Positions 7,838-15,803 of a stretch of DNA of 64,000 bases are shown here, piece after piece (position 1 is the stretch's first letter; every line of letters starts with the position of its first letter). The notes below the pieces were generated by a model. It saw only the letters and a program-made list of their open reading frames with translations. It had not been told where the DNA came from and ran no database searches. This stretch comes from Solirubrobacterales bacterium (GTDB lineage Bacteria > Actinomycetota > Thermoleophilia > Solirubrobacterales > 70-9), in the NCBI GenBank assembly GCA_025936755.1, contig JAICSS010000003.1, positions 44,272 through 108,271 on the forward strand. The letters run 5' to 3'. Made by a program: the position numbers and the translations under genes.

Positions 7838-8191
7838 ATGGCTAGAGACAACGATATGGGCGGCGGGTCGCTGGTGCCTCTTGACCTTCCCCCGCAGCAC
7901 ATCCCGATCCTGCGCGAACGTCTGACGACCTGGCTGGACGGCGTTCGGGAGGATCTGGAAGCCGTCGACGAGGCACAGGGACTCGATCAGGCCTGGCAGG
8001 AAGCGCGGGCATTTGAGCGGTTGCTAACCGCTCTTGCGACGGGGAAGATTTGCCTTCCCGACGAAGCGGCCAGGACGGCGCTCGAGGTCTCGGCAGCTGC
8101 GCATGACAAGGAGAGCGACTACGCGGACGTAGCTGCAACTCACGATGCGCTTCATGCCCTGCTTGACGCATTGGGGGGTGCCCGCGCTTGA
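7838..8191 (+). CDS. Hypothetical all-helical protein (element cargo)
   Basis: 117-aa ORF. Its stop overlaps the next start. No recognisable motif. Confidence 0.45.
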   Translation: MARDNDMGGGSLVPLDLPPQHIPILRERLTTWLDGVREDLEAVDEAQGLDQAWQEARAFERLLTALATGKICLPDEAARTALEVSAAAHDKESDYADVAATHDALHALLDALGGARA

Positions 8192-8436
8192 TCGCCACCG
8201 ACTTGCGGCTGCAACGGGTCGTGCTGGCACTTGTTCTCCGAGAACATCCGGCAGTTCTTTCGCTGCCGGCGCTGGCCGGCCAGGTTCTCGCGGACCCTCG
8301 CGCCCTCACCGGCAAGGTGGCTCTTGCCCGCGCCCTCCGCGACCTGGACAACGAGGGCTTGGTGTTCAGTGACGGCTCGCATATGCAGCCGAGCCGACCG
8401 GCTATCTACGTCAAGCGTCTGCTGGGGGCCTGCTGA
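8188..8436 (+). CDS. Hypothetical small protein, possibly winged-helix
   Basis: 82 aa. The pattern LQRVVLALVLREHP...ALRDLDNEGLVFSDG resembles a wHTH. Overlapping start and stop codons on both sides. Confidence 0.45.
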   Translation: MIATDLRLQRVVLALVLREHPAVLSLPALAGQVLADPRALTGKVALARALRDLDNEGLVFSDGSHMQPSRPAIYVKRLLGAC

Positions 8437-8924
8437 TGTTGGTTCCGGGGCGCTTCAGCAGCGCCGCGATCAACATCGGCGAGGGCGAGTTGGAGGTCCG
8501 TCTGAGCGACGGCGGCAATTGGCGAGTTCAGGTGCGCTCCACCGATGGGGAAGACTGGCGGCTGCTCTGCCGGGGCCACATTGACGGCACCATCTTTGAG
8601 ACTGCCGGGGCTGACGATGAAGCGCCGATCATGGTCGGCCCGCTACGGGTCGATCCAGCGGCCCGCTGCGTCGAAGTTCACGGCGCTCCGGTGTGCTTGA
8701 CGGCGCGGGAGTTTGAGTTGGTGGCGCTACTTGCTACGGACCCCGGCCGCGTCTTCACCAAGGACGAGTTGTTGCGGGAGGTCTGGAAGCACAGGGCTGG
8801 CGGCAGCAGTCGCACCCTTGACTCACATGCCAGCCGCGTCCGCAACAAACTCCGCAAAGCCGGGGCCGACGGCTTCATAGTCAACTGCTGGCGCGTCGGC
8901 TACATGCTTTGCGGAGATCGCTAG
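8436..8924 (+). CDS. Receiver-less OmpR/PhoB-type winged-helix DNA-binding protein with an unknown 60-aa N-terminal domain
   Basis: LTAREFELVALLA, RTLDSHASRVRNKL and FIVNCWRVGYML form a Trans_reg_C domain. No Asp-pocket receiver motifs upstream of it. Confidence 0.8.
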   Translation: MLVPGRFSSAAINIGEGELEVRLSDGGNWRVQVRSTDGEDWRLLCRGHIDGTIFETAGADDEAPIMVGPLRVDPAARCVEVHGAPVCLTAREFELVALLATDPGRVFTKDELLREVWKHRAGGSSRTLDSHASRVRNKLRKAGADGFIVNCWRVGYMLCGDR

Positions 8925-8967
8925 CTATTTGCATAGCAATTTGATCTGAGGGTGGACCGTTTCGGTC

Positions 8968-9441
8968 TTGAGCATCGTCTTAGGGGTCGATGCTCAAAGG
9001 ATTGAACGGATGCCCGACGGATCGAACGAAATCTATGCGGACGTTGCCGCCCAGCGCAGGCAATTTGCCGTACTCCTGGCGCAGCTACGCGCCGCCGAGC
9101 CGCGTTTCGCGGAAGCGTCGATCCTGCTGCCCAATGAGTATGGCGAGTGGCATGCGGCTGTCTACCTCCTGATTGGTTGCGGGCCGGTCTGGGACAGACT
9201 TGGCCCCCCGATAGTCGCGCAGTGTTCGCTTTCGCCTGTCTTTGAAGAGATGGAAAGCGCTCGGCGTCGCTGGACGAAAGACCAGCGCGCAGCGATGGAA
9301 TGGGCGCTGCACTTCTGGAGGCCGGACAAATACGCGGCCAGCTTTCCGGAGGCGTTCGGGGCGTTCATGTTCACCCGGTGGATCGTCGCCTTGCATCTAC
9401 AGAAGGGTCTCGTTCCGAGGATTCGCATAGATCGGGGCTGA
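8968..9441 (+). CDS. Hypothetical protein (element cargo)
   Basis: 157-aa ORF with coding-like composition and no recognisable motif. Confidence 0.45.
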   Translation: MSIVLGVDAQRIERMPDGSNEIYADVAAQRRQFAVLLAQLRAAEPRFAEASILLPNEYGEWHAAVYLLIGCGPVWDRLGPPIVAQCSLSPVFEEMESARRRWTKDQRAAMEWALHFWRPDKYAASFPEAFGAFMFTRWIVALHLQKGLVPRIRIDRG

Positions 9442-9682
9442 ACCGTGTATGCCGTGCGCTCCCGCCGACCCACCCAGCAAATAGCGCTGCGCCGCTCGGC
9501 AGTCAAGGGCGCGATGCGCCCGACCCCTTTAGGGGTTGACGGCCGAGCGGCGCGGCGCTTCGCTGGCAGGTAGGTCGGCGGCGGTGAAAAAAGGGTCAGC
9601 AGGTTCACTTTGGCCGGGGTGCTAGGCGAACGCCATTAGCGCAATCGGAACCATCACGACGAAAGTAACGATCTTGATCGTT

Positions 9683-9717
9683 GTCTTTCTGCCTTTAGGT
9701 CACGGCATGTGACCAAC
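9683..9717. repeat. Right copy of the 35-bp inverted repeat
   Basis: GTCTTTCTGCCTTTAGGTCACGGCATGTGACCAAC. Contains the internal palindrome GGTCAC-N5-GTGACC. Confidence 0.85.
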
Positions 9718-9719
9718 AG

Positions 9720-9882
9720 TGTCGGAACCAATAGAGAATGTCACCACTTGTTTTCGGTATGTGTAGTGAGAAAAAAATGTGTAGAAAGTTAGGGTGTGTG
9801 TGATTAGTCCAGAAACTTATTCCGCAAAGTGATCTACTTCCCTTTGTATGAAAAGGGAGAACCAACAACAAGTAGGTGAAGT
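9720..9882 (+). promoter_or_regulatory. AT-rich regulatory island upstream of the RHH-like ORF and the recombinase
   Basis: GC is far below the window average. Direct repeat ATGTGTAG at 9759-9766 and 9777-9784, followed by a GTGTGTGTG run. Confidence 0.3.
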
Positions 9883-10179
9883 ATGGAAAGCAGGGAGAAA
9901 CAACAACAAGGAGGAGATAAGCCACTGGTCGCATCCTTCAAGGACTGCGACTCATCAGCCTCGCCGCCACATACCGTCCGGCTGGAGATCATTCCCACGC
10001 ACAGGCAATACATGCAGCTCTGCAATGACCTACGCGAGCTGCGCCGACGCGGGGCCGAGACCAACACGGTCGCCATCATCGACGCGGTTCACGCCGCCAC
10101 TTCGCATAAGATCGAGGCTAGAACTTATAAACGGGCCGAGGGGCGTATGCGCGCCCCCCGGCCCCGCAACAGGAGGTAA
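9883..10179 (+). CDS. Putative ribbon-helix-helix-like small protein upstream of the recombinase
   Basis: TVRLEIIPTHRQYMQLCNDLRELRRRGAETNTVAIIDAVHAA fits a strand-helix-helix pattern. Its stop lies within the recombinase RBS (AGGAGGTAA). Start codon is uncertain. Confidence 0.35.
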   Translation: MESREKQQQGGDKPLVASFKDCDSSASPPHTVRLEIIPTHRQYMQLCNDLRELRRRGAETNTVAIIDAVHAATSHKIEARTYKRAEGRMRAPRPRNRR

Positions 10180-10184
10180 GTCCT

Positions 10185-11804
10185 GTGCCTGATAACCGTA
10201 GCGACCTCGCCATTCTCTACGCGGCGAAGTCAACGAAAGACGAGAAGGGAAGCATCCCCACGCAGCTAGGGGACACGGAGATTGCTGCGCTCGCGGAAGG
10301 CCGCGCTATTGCCGAGCGCTATGCCGACGAGAACGAGAGCGCCTATCACGGCAACCGTGGCCCCAAACTTGAAGCTGCGCTAGATCACGCGGAGCGGATC
10401 GGAGCCGAGCTTTGGGTCCAACACTCCGACCGGCTCGCCCGCGGCGACGGCGTGAAGGCCCGCCATCTTGTCCAGCTTGTCTTTGAGGCCAAGGCTCGCG
10501 GTATCCGCCTGCGCTCGGTCGAAGACGATGCCTCGCTCGAAAACGTGGTGATGGCGGCGGTGATGGGCGAGCGCAACACCGAGGATTCCCGCCGAAAGGC
10601 GGCGGCGGTGAAAGCCGGTATGGAGCGCAAGCGCCAGCGTGGCGAATACATCGGCCACCGCCCCTACGGCTACAAGTGGGAGCGTGATGAGAAGGATGAT
10701 CGCCAGATCGTTCCCGACCCCGTCCAAGCCCCGCTCATCCGGCGCATCTTCAAGGAATACCTTGCGGGTGAATCTCAGAAGGCAATCGCCCGCAATCTCA
10801 CTCGGGACAACGTGCAGACCCCGCGCGGGGGAACTCGGTGGTATCCCGGAACCGTCCGTCAAATCCTGGCCCGCCCGCTCTATGCGGGCTGGATTCCCGA
10901 CGGGAAAGACGGAGTCCTAGAGGGCAACCATGAGCCGCTAATCACCCGCGAGGAATGGGAACAAACGGAAGACTTGCGAAAGGCAAAAGCTCGCGGTCCT
11001 GGTCGTGGTCGGCCTGTGGCGGGGCGGCACCTTTTCCGCAAGGGCTTCCTTCGTTGCGGGGCCTGCGGCGGCGCTCTAATTCCTCGGACGATCCCCAATC
11101 GAGCAAATCCGCCCCGTGAAGTCTATGAATGCTTCACCCGGCATTGCGACCTTGACGGGTGTTCGCAGGAGCCGATCCTGCGCGTCGAAATCGACGGCGC
11201 AGTCCTCGGCTACTTTGAGCAAGTCGGGCTCGACTTGGACGCTACGCGGGACGAACTGGCGGCAGCGATGGACAGAAAGATCGAAGAGACCCGAGCCCTT
11301 CTGAGGGCGGCCCAAAAGGACGCGGCGACCGCTGCCGATCGACTCGCCCGCGTCAAGAGCGACTACCTGAGCGGCGAGTTGACCGCTGCCGAGTGGCGGG
11401 AGTTGCGAGCGGAGCTTGAGCCCAGCACCGTCGCCGCCTCTGCAGAGGTGGAGCGCCTAGCCGAGCAACTTCAGACTCACGAAAGCGACGGCGCCGTTGA
11501 GGTCGCGGAGCGCGAGGTATATGACTTGCTTCGGCAGATTCGGGAGACCGTGACCGGCTCGGCGGCGGATACCGCAGGAGCCCAGGCGGTGAGCGCGACG
11601 CTTCTTCGACTCTTCGACCACTTCACGTACCACGTAGGGATTCCCGAGCGGGCAAATGTCGAGTTGGTCGAAGCTCATAGCTGGATCGAGCCGACGATCA
11701 AGCCCGACCCGATTCACGGCCGCGACGATGAAGATTTCCCCCTCCCGTCCCGCGAACCGCTTGGCCAAGCCGCAAACAAAGGGCACAACGGCTTGGTGAG
11801 GTAA
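10185..11804 (+). CDS. Large serine recombinase (integrase)
   Basis: Resolvase catalytic domain (AILYAAKSTKDEKGSIPTQ, HSDRLARG), recombinase domain, zinc ribbon CGACGG...C...C, and a coiled coil. GTG start with AGGAGG. The last 3 codons and the stop lie in host DNA beyond the att core. Confidence 0.92.
   Translation: MPDNRSDLAILYAAKSTKDEKGSIPTQLGDTEIAALAEGRAIAERYADENESAYHGNRGPKLEAALDHAERIGAELWVQHSDRLARGDGVKARHLVQLVFEAKARGIRLRSVEDDASLENVVMAAVMGERNTEDSRRKAAAVKAGMERKRQRGEYIGHRPYGYKWERDEKDDRQIVPDPVQAPLIRRIFKEYLAGESQKAIARNLTRDNVQTPRGGTRWYPGTVRQILARPLYAGWIPDGKDGVLEGNHEPLITREEWEQTEDLRKAKARGPGRGRPVAGRHLFRKGFLRCGACGGALIPRTIPNRANPPREVYECFTRHCDLDGCSQEPILRVEIDGAVLGYFEQVGLDLDATRDELAAAMDRKIEETRALLRAAQKDAATAADRLARVKSDYLSGELTAAEWRELRAELEPSTVAASAEVERLAEQLQTHESDGAVEVAEREVYDLLRQIRETVTGSAADTAGAQAVSATLLRLFDHFTYHVGIPERANVELVEAHSWIEPTIKPDPIHGRDDEDFPLPSREPLGQAANKGHNGLVR
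11787..11795. repeat. attR crossover core
   Basis: AACGGCTTG. It lies inside both the recombinase 3' end and the response-regulator K-P codons on the opposite strand. Confidence 0.8.
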
Positions 11805-12139
11805 TCGTCGGCGCCGGAGTCGAGGCCGCGGACCTTGTCGGTGCCGCCGCCGCGGCCGGTGAGGACGATCACCGGCAGCCGCGGATCGAAGCGGGAGTCG
11901 ACGCCGTCGGCGTCGCGGATCTCGCGCAGGACGTCGAGGCCGGAGGCGTCCGGCAGCGAGAGGTCCAGCAGCAACAGGTCGGGATGGTTGTACCGGCACA
12001 GCCGCAGCGCGTCGGAGGCGCTGGGCGCGGGCATGACGCCGAAGCGATCGGCGGCGAGGTGCTCGCAGAGCAGGTCGAGGGTGACGTGGTCGTCCTCGCA
12101 GACGACGAGGCTGGCTATCTCTTCTCGTTGGGGGAGCAT
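11787..12139 (-). pseudogene. OmpR-family response regulator, 5' fragment (complete receiver domain), interrupted by the element
   Basis: VVCEDD, LLLLDLSLPD, VIVLTGR and ADDYLTKP give every receiver signature. After KP the frame runs into element DNA (LCPLFAAW...). Confidence 0.85.
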
Positions 12140-12145
12140 GCGGAC

Positions 12146-12445
12146 CTAAGGGCTGGGGAGCGGCGGACTCTCCCCCTCCGGCGCCGACGGAACCTCCAAA
12201 ACTGCGGAAGCTCCGTGTTGCCAGGCGACCCGCCGCGGCGGCACCGCCCGCCTGGCGGAGATCACCCGGCCTTCGGCGTCGAGGAAGAAGAGGTCCAGGG
12301 CGAAGCGCATGCCGAAGGTGTGGACGCTGCCGCAGCGCGGGATCAGCAGGCCCGGCCCGGCGTCGCGACGGTCCCTGAAGGCGAGCCCGCGCAGACGAGT
12401 TCGGAAATCCTTCGCAACGGGGACGGAGGGATGAAGATGATCCAT
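12146..12445 (-). CDS. DUF192 family protein
   Basis: Core CGSVHTFGMRFALDLFFLDAEGRV matches the DUF192 (COG1430) signature. Lies directly upstream of the response regulator. Confidence 0.7.
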   Translation of the reverse strand: MDHLHPSVPVAKDFRTRLRGLAFRDRRDAGPGLLIPRCGSVHTFGMRFALDLFFLDAEGRVISARRAVPPRRVAWQHGASAVLEVPSAPEGESPPLPSP

Positions 12446-12498
12446 GCCTCTCTAAGTGCGCCCGGCCGCCTTCTCTCCCCCGCCGCCTAGGATCAACC

Positions 12499-13431
12499 GT
12501 GGCCGATAAGCCCAAAGTCGCGATCTTCAGCCCCAACCCGATGGTCTCGATCGCGATCGAGTCCTTCAGCGCCGACGGCGGCGACGACATCCACGTCCAC
12601 CCGGCCGGGCAGGGGGTCTGGGTGGCGCGGATGGCGGCCGAGCTCGGGGCCGAGCCGGTCCTCTGCGGGTTCATCGGCGGCGAGGTCGGATCGGTGCTGC
12701 GACCGCTGCTGGAGCAGCTGCCGGTCGAGCTGCGCCTGGTCGAGACGGCGGAGCCGAGCGGCGCCTACATCCACGACCGCCGCAGCGGCGAGCGTCAGCC
12801 CGTCGCCCAGAGCGCGGCCCTGCCGGCCTCCCGCCACGAGGTGGACGACCTTTTCTCGGTCACCGTCGCCGCCGCCCTCGACTGCGACCTGCTGGCGATC
12901 TGCGGCCCCTACCCAGACAACACGGTGCCGCTGGAGATCTACGGCGGCCTCGTCGCCGACGTCAAGGCCAACGGCAAGCCGGTGATCGTCGACCTCTCCT
13001 CGCCGCGGCTCGACAGCGCCCTGGAGGGCAAGCCGGACCTGGTCAAGATCAACGACTGGCAGATCGCCGGCTTCGTCTCCGGCCCGGTCGACAGCGAGGA
13101 GCGGATGCGGGCGGCGATGGAGCGGGTGCGGGAGGAGGGCGCCGAGAGCGTGATCGTCACCCGCGCCGGCGAGCCGGCCCTGGCTCTGCGCGACGGCGGC
13201 TTCTGCGAGCTGACGCCGCCGAAGTTCGAGCGCGGCTCCCGCGAGGGCTGCGGCGACTCGATGATGGGCGCCCTGGCGGCGACGATCGCCGCCGGCCGCG
13301 AGTGGGAGGACGTCCTCCGCCTCAGCGCCGCCGCCGGCGCCACCAACGTCCTCCGCGCCGGCCTCGGCACCGGCTCCCGCAAGGTGATCGAGGAGCTCGC
13401 CCCGCGCGTCCAGCTGCGCCCTCTCGATTGA
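12499..13431 (+). CDS. PfkB-family carbohydrate kinase (1-phosphofructokinase-like)
   Basis: Ribokinase-fold layout with the C-terminal anion-hole motif GCGDSMMGALAA. Confidence 0.8.
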   Translation: MADKPKVAIFSPNPMVSIAIESFSADGGDDIHVHPAGQGVWVARMAAELGAEPVLCGFIGGEVGSVLRPLLEQLPVELRLVETAEPSGAYIHDRRSGERQPVAQSAALPASRHEVDDLFSVTVAAALDCDLLAICGPYPDNTVPLEIYGGLVADVKANGKPVIVDLSSPRLDSALEGKPDLVKINDWQIAGFVSGPVDSEERMRAAMERVREEGAESVIVTRAGEPALALRDGGFCELTPPKFERGSREGCGDSMMGALAATIAAGREWEDVLRLSAAAGATNVLRAGLGTGSRKVIEELAPRVQLRPLD

Positions 13432-13432
13432 T

Positions 13433-13478
13433 CGTTTCCCGGCTTTTGGTTCCTATGGGAACCAAAGGGGTGGAAACG
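13433..13478. terminator. Bidirectional nested stem-loop between convergent genes
   Basis: Outer stem CGTTTCC / GGAAACG enclosing TTTGGTTCC / GGAACCAAA. Confidence 0.5.
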
Positions 13479-13480
13479 AC

Positions 13481-14212
13481 CTAGATCCGGGGGGCGAAGG
13501 GGACTTCGAGGGGGTCGCCGTTGACGATTGCGCTCGGCGCGGTCTCGGCGATCCACTCCATATGGGGCGCCAGCAGCCCGACCTCGCGCAGGCGCTCGAG
13601 GGCGGAGGAGATCCGCACCGGGCGGCCGCCGAGCACGGTGTGGGCGTCGCTGCTGAGAACGTGGACGAGGCCCTTCTCGGCCATCGCCAGCATCCCCTTC
13701 GCCATGTTCTCGCGCAGGAAGAAGTCCGCGGTCGCCTGGATCAGCGCCCCCTCGGCGACCAGCGCCGTCATCCGCTCGAACATGTCCGCCGAGAGGTGGC
13801 GCTCGGGGTGGGCGACGATCGTCCCGTAGCCGCGCTCGGCGAGTTGGCCGACCCGGCGCAGCAGGCTCTCGCCGAGCGGTCCCGGCGCCGGCTCCAGCAG
13901 GACCCAGCGGCCGCTCCCCAGCGCGACCCGCTCCAGCTCCTCCTCTCCCAGTCCCTCCAGCGCCGTCTCCGCCACCTCGCCACCCTGGAGGATCCGCACC
14001 GCCACCAGTTCCCGCTCCAGCCGCTCGTTCAGGCCCCGCACCCGCCCGGCCAGCTCCTCGATCCGGACGTCGTGGTCGTGGCGGATGTGCGGGGTGGCGC
14101 AGATCGCCTCGATCCCGTCGGCCTCGGCCTGGCGCGCCATCGCGACGCTGTCGTCGGCGTCGCGGGCCCCGTCGTCGATCGCGTCGAGGATGTGGCAGTG
14201 CAGGTCGATCAC
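13481..14212 (-). CDS. CpsB/YwqE-like PHP-domain tyrosine-protein phosphatase
   Basis: N-terminal VIDLHCHILDAIDDGA, later ATPH and SDAH metal-binding motifs. I prefer the GTG start at 14210-14212; the ORF-track start at 14260 is also possible. Confidence 0.7.
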   Translation of the reverse strand: MIDLHCHILDAIDDGARDADDSVAMARQAEADGIEAICATPHIRHDHDVRIEELAGRVRGLNERLERELVAVRILQGGEVAETALEGLGEEELERVALGSGRWVLLEPAPGPLGESLLRRVGQLAERGYGTIVAHPERHLSADMFERMTALVAEGALIQATADFFLRENMAKGMLAMAEKGLVHVLSSDAHTVLGGRPVRISSALERLREVGLLAPHMEWIAETAPSAIVNGDPLEVPFAPRI

Positions 14213-14382
14213 GGCGTCTCCCGCCGAACCTCTACCCACTTGCGAGCTGAAGAAGTGCAATCTCCCGGCCAGGGTGCAACCAGGCGTTCAGCGACCGGCC
14301 CGAACGGGCACGTCTCTACGATGATCGGCAAGATCATGGACCTGCTCACGCCGGGCTTGCGTGAGCGGACTGGCTTCAACTC

Positions 14383-14850
14383 ATGGATAAGAAGACGACC
14401 CGCAGAGGGAATTACGAGTCCGGCTCCGACTACGTGCTGGAGTACGGCGAGCTCCGCTTCGCCTTCAACGAGGAGGACTTCGCGCAGCGCGTCGAGCAGG
14501 CGGCGGTGAAGCTCCGCTTCGTCGACCAGGGACTCAGCGGCGAGGAGCTCGACGACCTCCTCGACCTCGCGGTCAGCGGCGAGATCGCCGAGCCCAGCTC
14601 GCGCCTCGGCGAGCACATCAACGAGAACTGGGAAGACCTCGTCGGCCCCTCCAACCGCAGCCTCGTCCACTGGCTCCGTCGCCTCGTCTTCCGCGGCGCC
14701 TGGCTCGACCAGCGGGTCAAGGAGGGCGAGCTCGACGTCGTCTTCGACGAGCGCACCCAGACCTTCGGCTACGTGCAGCCGGACCGCAGCGACGAGCTGA
14801 TCGAGCTTTCCAAAGAGCCGTCGTGGCGCCGAATCGCCTACCGGCGCTGA
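14383..14850 (+). CDS. Hypothetical acidic protein
   Basis: 155-aa ORF with a strong GC3 bias and no recognisable motif. Confidence 0.5.
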   Translation: MDKKTTRRGNYESGSDYVLEYGELRFAFNEEDFAQRVEQAAVKLRFVDQGLSGEELDDLLDLAVSGEIAEPSSRLGEHINENWEDLVGPSNRSLVHWLRRLVFRGAWLDQRVKEGELDVVFDERTQTFGYVQPDRSDELIELSKEPSWRRIAYRR

Positions 14851-14934
14851 GTTCGGCCTGACCAAGCAGTACAAGGACGCAGGGAGCGTGGCGTGCTCTG
14901 CACGCGAGCGACCGAGGACGCGGTAATGCCCCGG

Positions 14935-15792
14935 TCAGGCGGACTCAGGGCGCTCTAGAGCGGCCACAACCGTCAACGACCCACTGCCCTGCGCACCCTG
15001 GCCGCGGCCGGCGTCGAAGAACTCCTTCGCGGCCTCGGCGTCTTCGTAGGCCTCGCCGAGGCGGGTGAGGGAGTCGACGAGGAGGATCACGTCTTCGCCG
15101 CGGCCGGCGCGGGTCGCCGCCTGGGCGAGGGCGTCGCTGGCGTGGCGCGGCTGCCCGGCGGAGACGATCTCCGCCTGGGGGGCGTCGCGCTTCCAGTCGG
15201 CAAGCTCCTCGGGGCTGGGGTCGATCAGCAGGGCGACGGGGTCGGGGCCCTTGCTGTCGGCGGCGAGGTCGGCGGCGACGCCGCGCAGCAGCGCCGTGCA
15301 GCCCTCGCGGCTCTCGGCGAAGACGAGCGCCTGGCGGCCGGCCTCCGGGGGCAGCAGCAGACCCTGCAGGGTGACGCCCTGCTTGCCGCGGCGGCCGAAG
15401 CGGCGGCGCCGGCGCCGGCGGGGACGCCCCGGCTCGGCGGCTGCGGGCTCCGGGGCGGGCTCGCGCTCGGGAGCTCTCTCGGGACGGTCGCGCCGCTGCC
15501 GGGGCTTCTCGGCGGCCTCGCTGCCGGCCTCATCCCCCTCCTCGATCTCCTCGGAGACGGCGGGCGATCCGGTGCGGCGGCTGCGGCGCCGGCGGCGCGG
15601 CCGCTCGCCGCCCCCGCCGCTAGGCTCGCCGCGCTCGGGGGTCGCGCCCTCGGCGCCGCCTTTGCCGTTGCCCTCGGCGAGCTTCTCGACCAGCTCGCTC
15701 TTGCTCAACAGGCGGTACTTCTCGACGCCGGCCTCGGCGGCCAGCAGGTGCAGGTCGGACAGGTGCTTTTTCTCCAGCTCGGCCTTAGTCAT
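14935..15792 (-). CDS. Rho-derived protein: Rho_N domain, Arg-rich linker and a truncated RecA-like core with a degenerate Walker A
   Basis: Rho_N: LEKKHLSDLHLLAAEAGVEKYRLLSKSELVEKL. Core parallels E. coli Rho (LLIDPSPEELADWKR, VILLVDSLTRLGEAY, GSLTVVAAL), but the P-loop is FAESREGCT rather than PPKAGKT. There is no OB-fold and no C-terminal 90 aa. Confidence 0.7.
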   Translation of the reverse strand: MTKAELEKKHLSDLHLLAAEAGVEKYRLLSKSELVEKLAEGNGKGGAEGATPERGEPSGGGGERPRRRRRSRRTGSPAVSEEIEEGDEAGSEAAEKPRQRRDRPERAPEREPAPEPAAAEPGRPRRRRRRRFGRRGKQGVTLQGLLLPPEAGRQALVFAESREGCTALLRGVAADLAADSKGPDPVALLIDPSPEELADWKRDAPQAEIVSAGQPRHASDALAQAATRAGRGEDVILLVDSLTRLGEAYEDAEAAKEFFDAGRGQGAQGSGSLTVVAALERPESA

Positions 15793-15803
15793 CGAGGCGC
15801 AGA

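Larger units (their letters stand above)
6087..11795 (+). mobile_element. Integrated 5.7-kb serine-recombinase element inserted inside a response-regulator gene
   Basis: Bounded by the identical 9-bp core AACGGCTTG at 6087-6095 and 11787-11795. Large serine recombinase sits at the right end. GC is lower than the flanks. Host reading frame is continuous across the joined flanks. Confidence 0.85.

Noticed and set aside
9162-9608. 148-aa minus-strand ORF in the element
   Set aside because: It is antisense to the better-supported 8968-9441 ORF, has no RBS, and its composition is not coding-like.
7241-9725. Target-site duplication flanking the 35-bp inverted repeats (a test for a nested transposon)
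   Set aside because: The outward flanks (…TCCACGCT and AGTGTCGGA…) continue the inverted symmetry imperfectly rather than forming a direct repeat. Transposition is therefore unsupported, and the pair is reported only as an inverted repeat.
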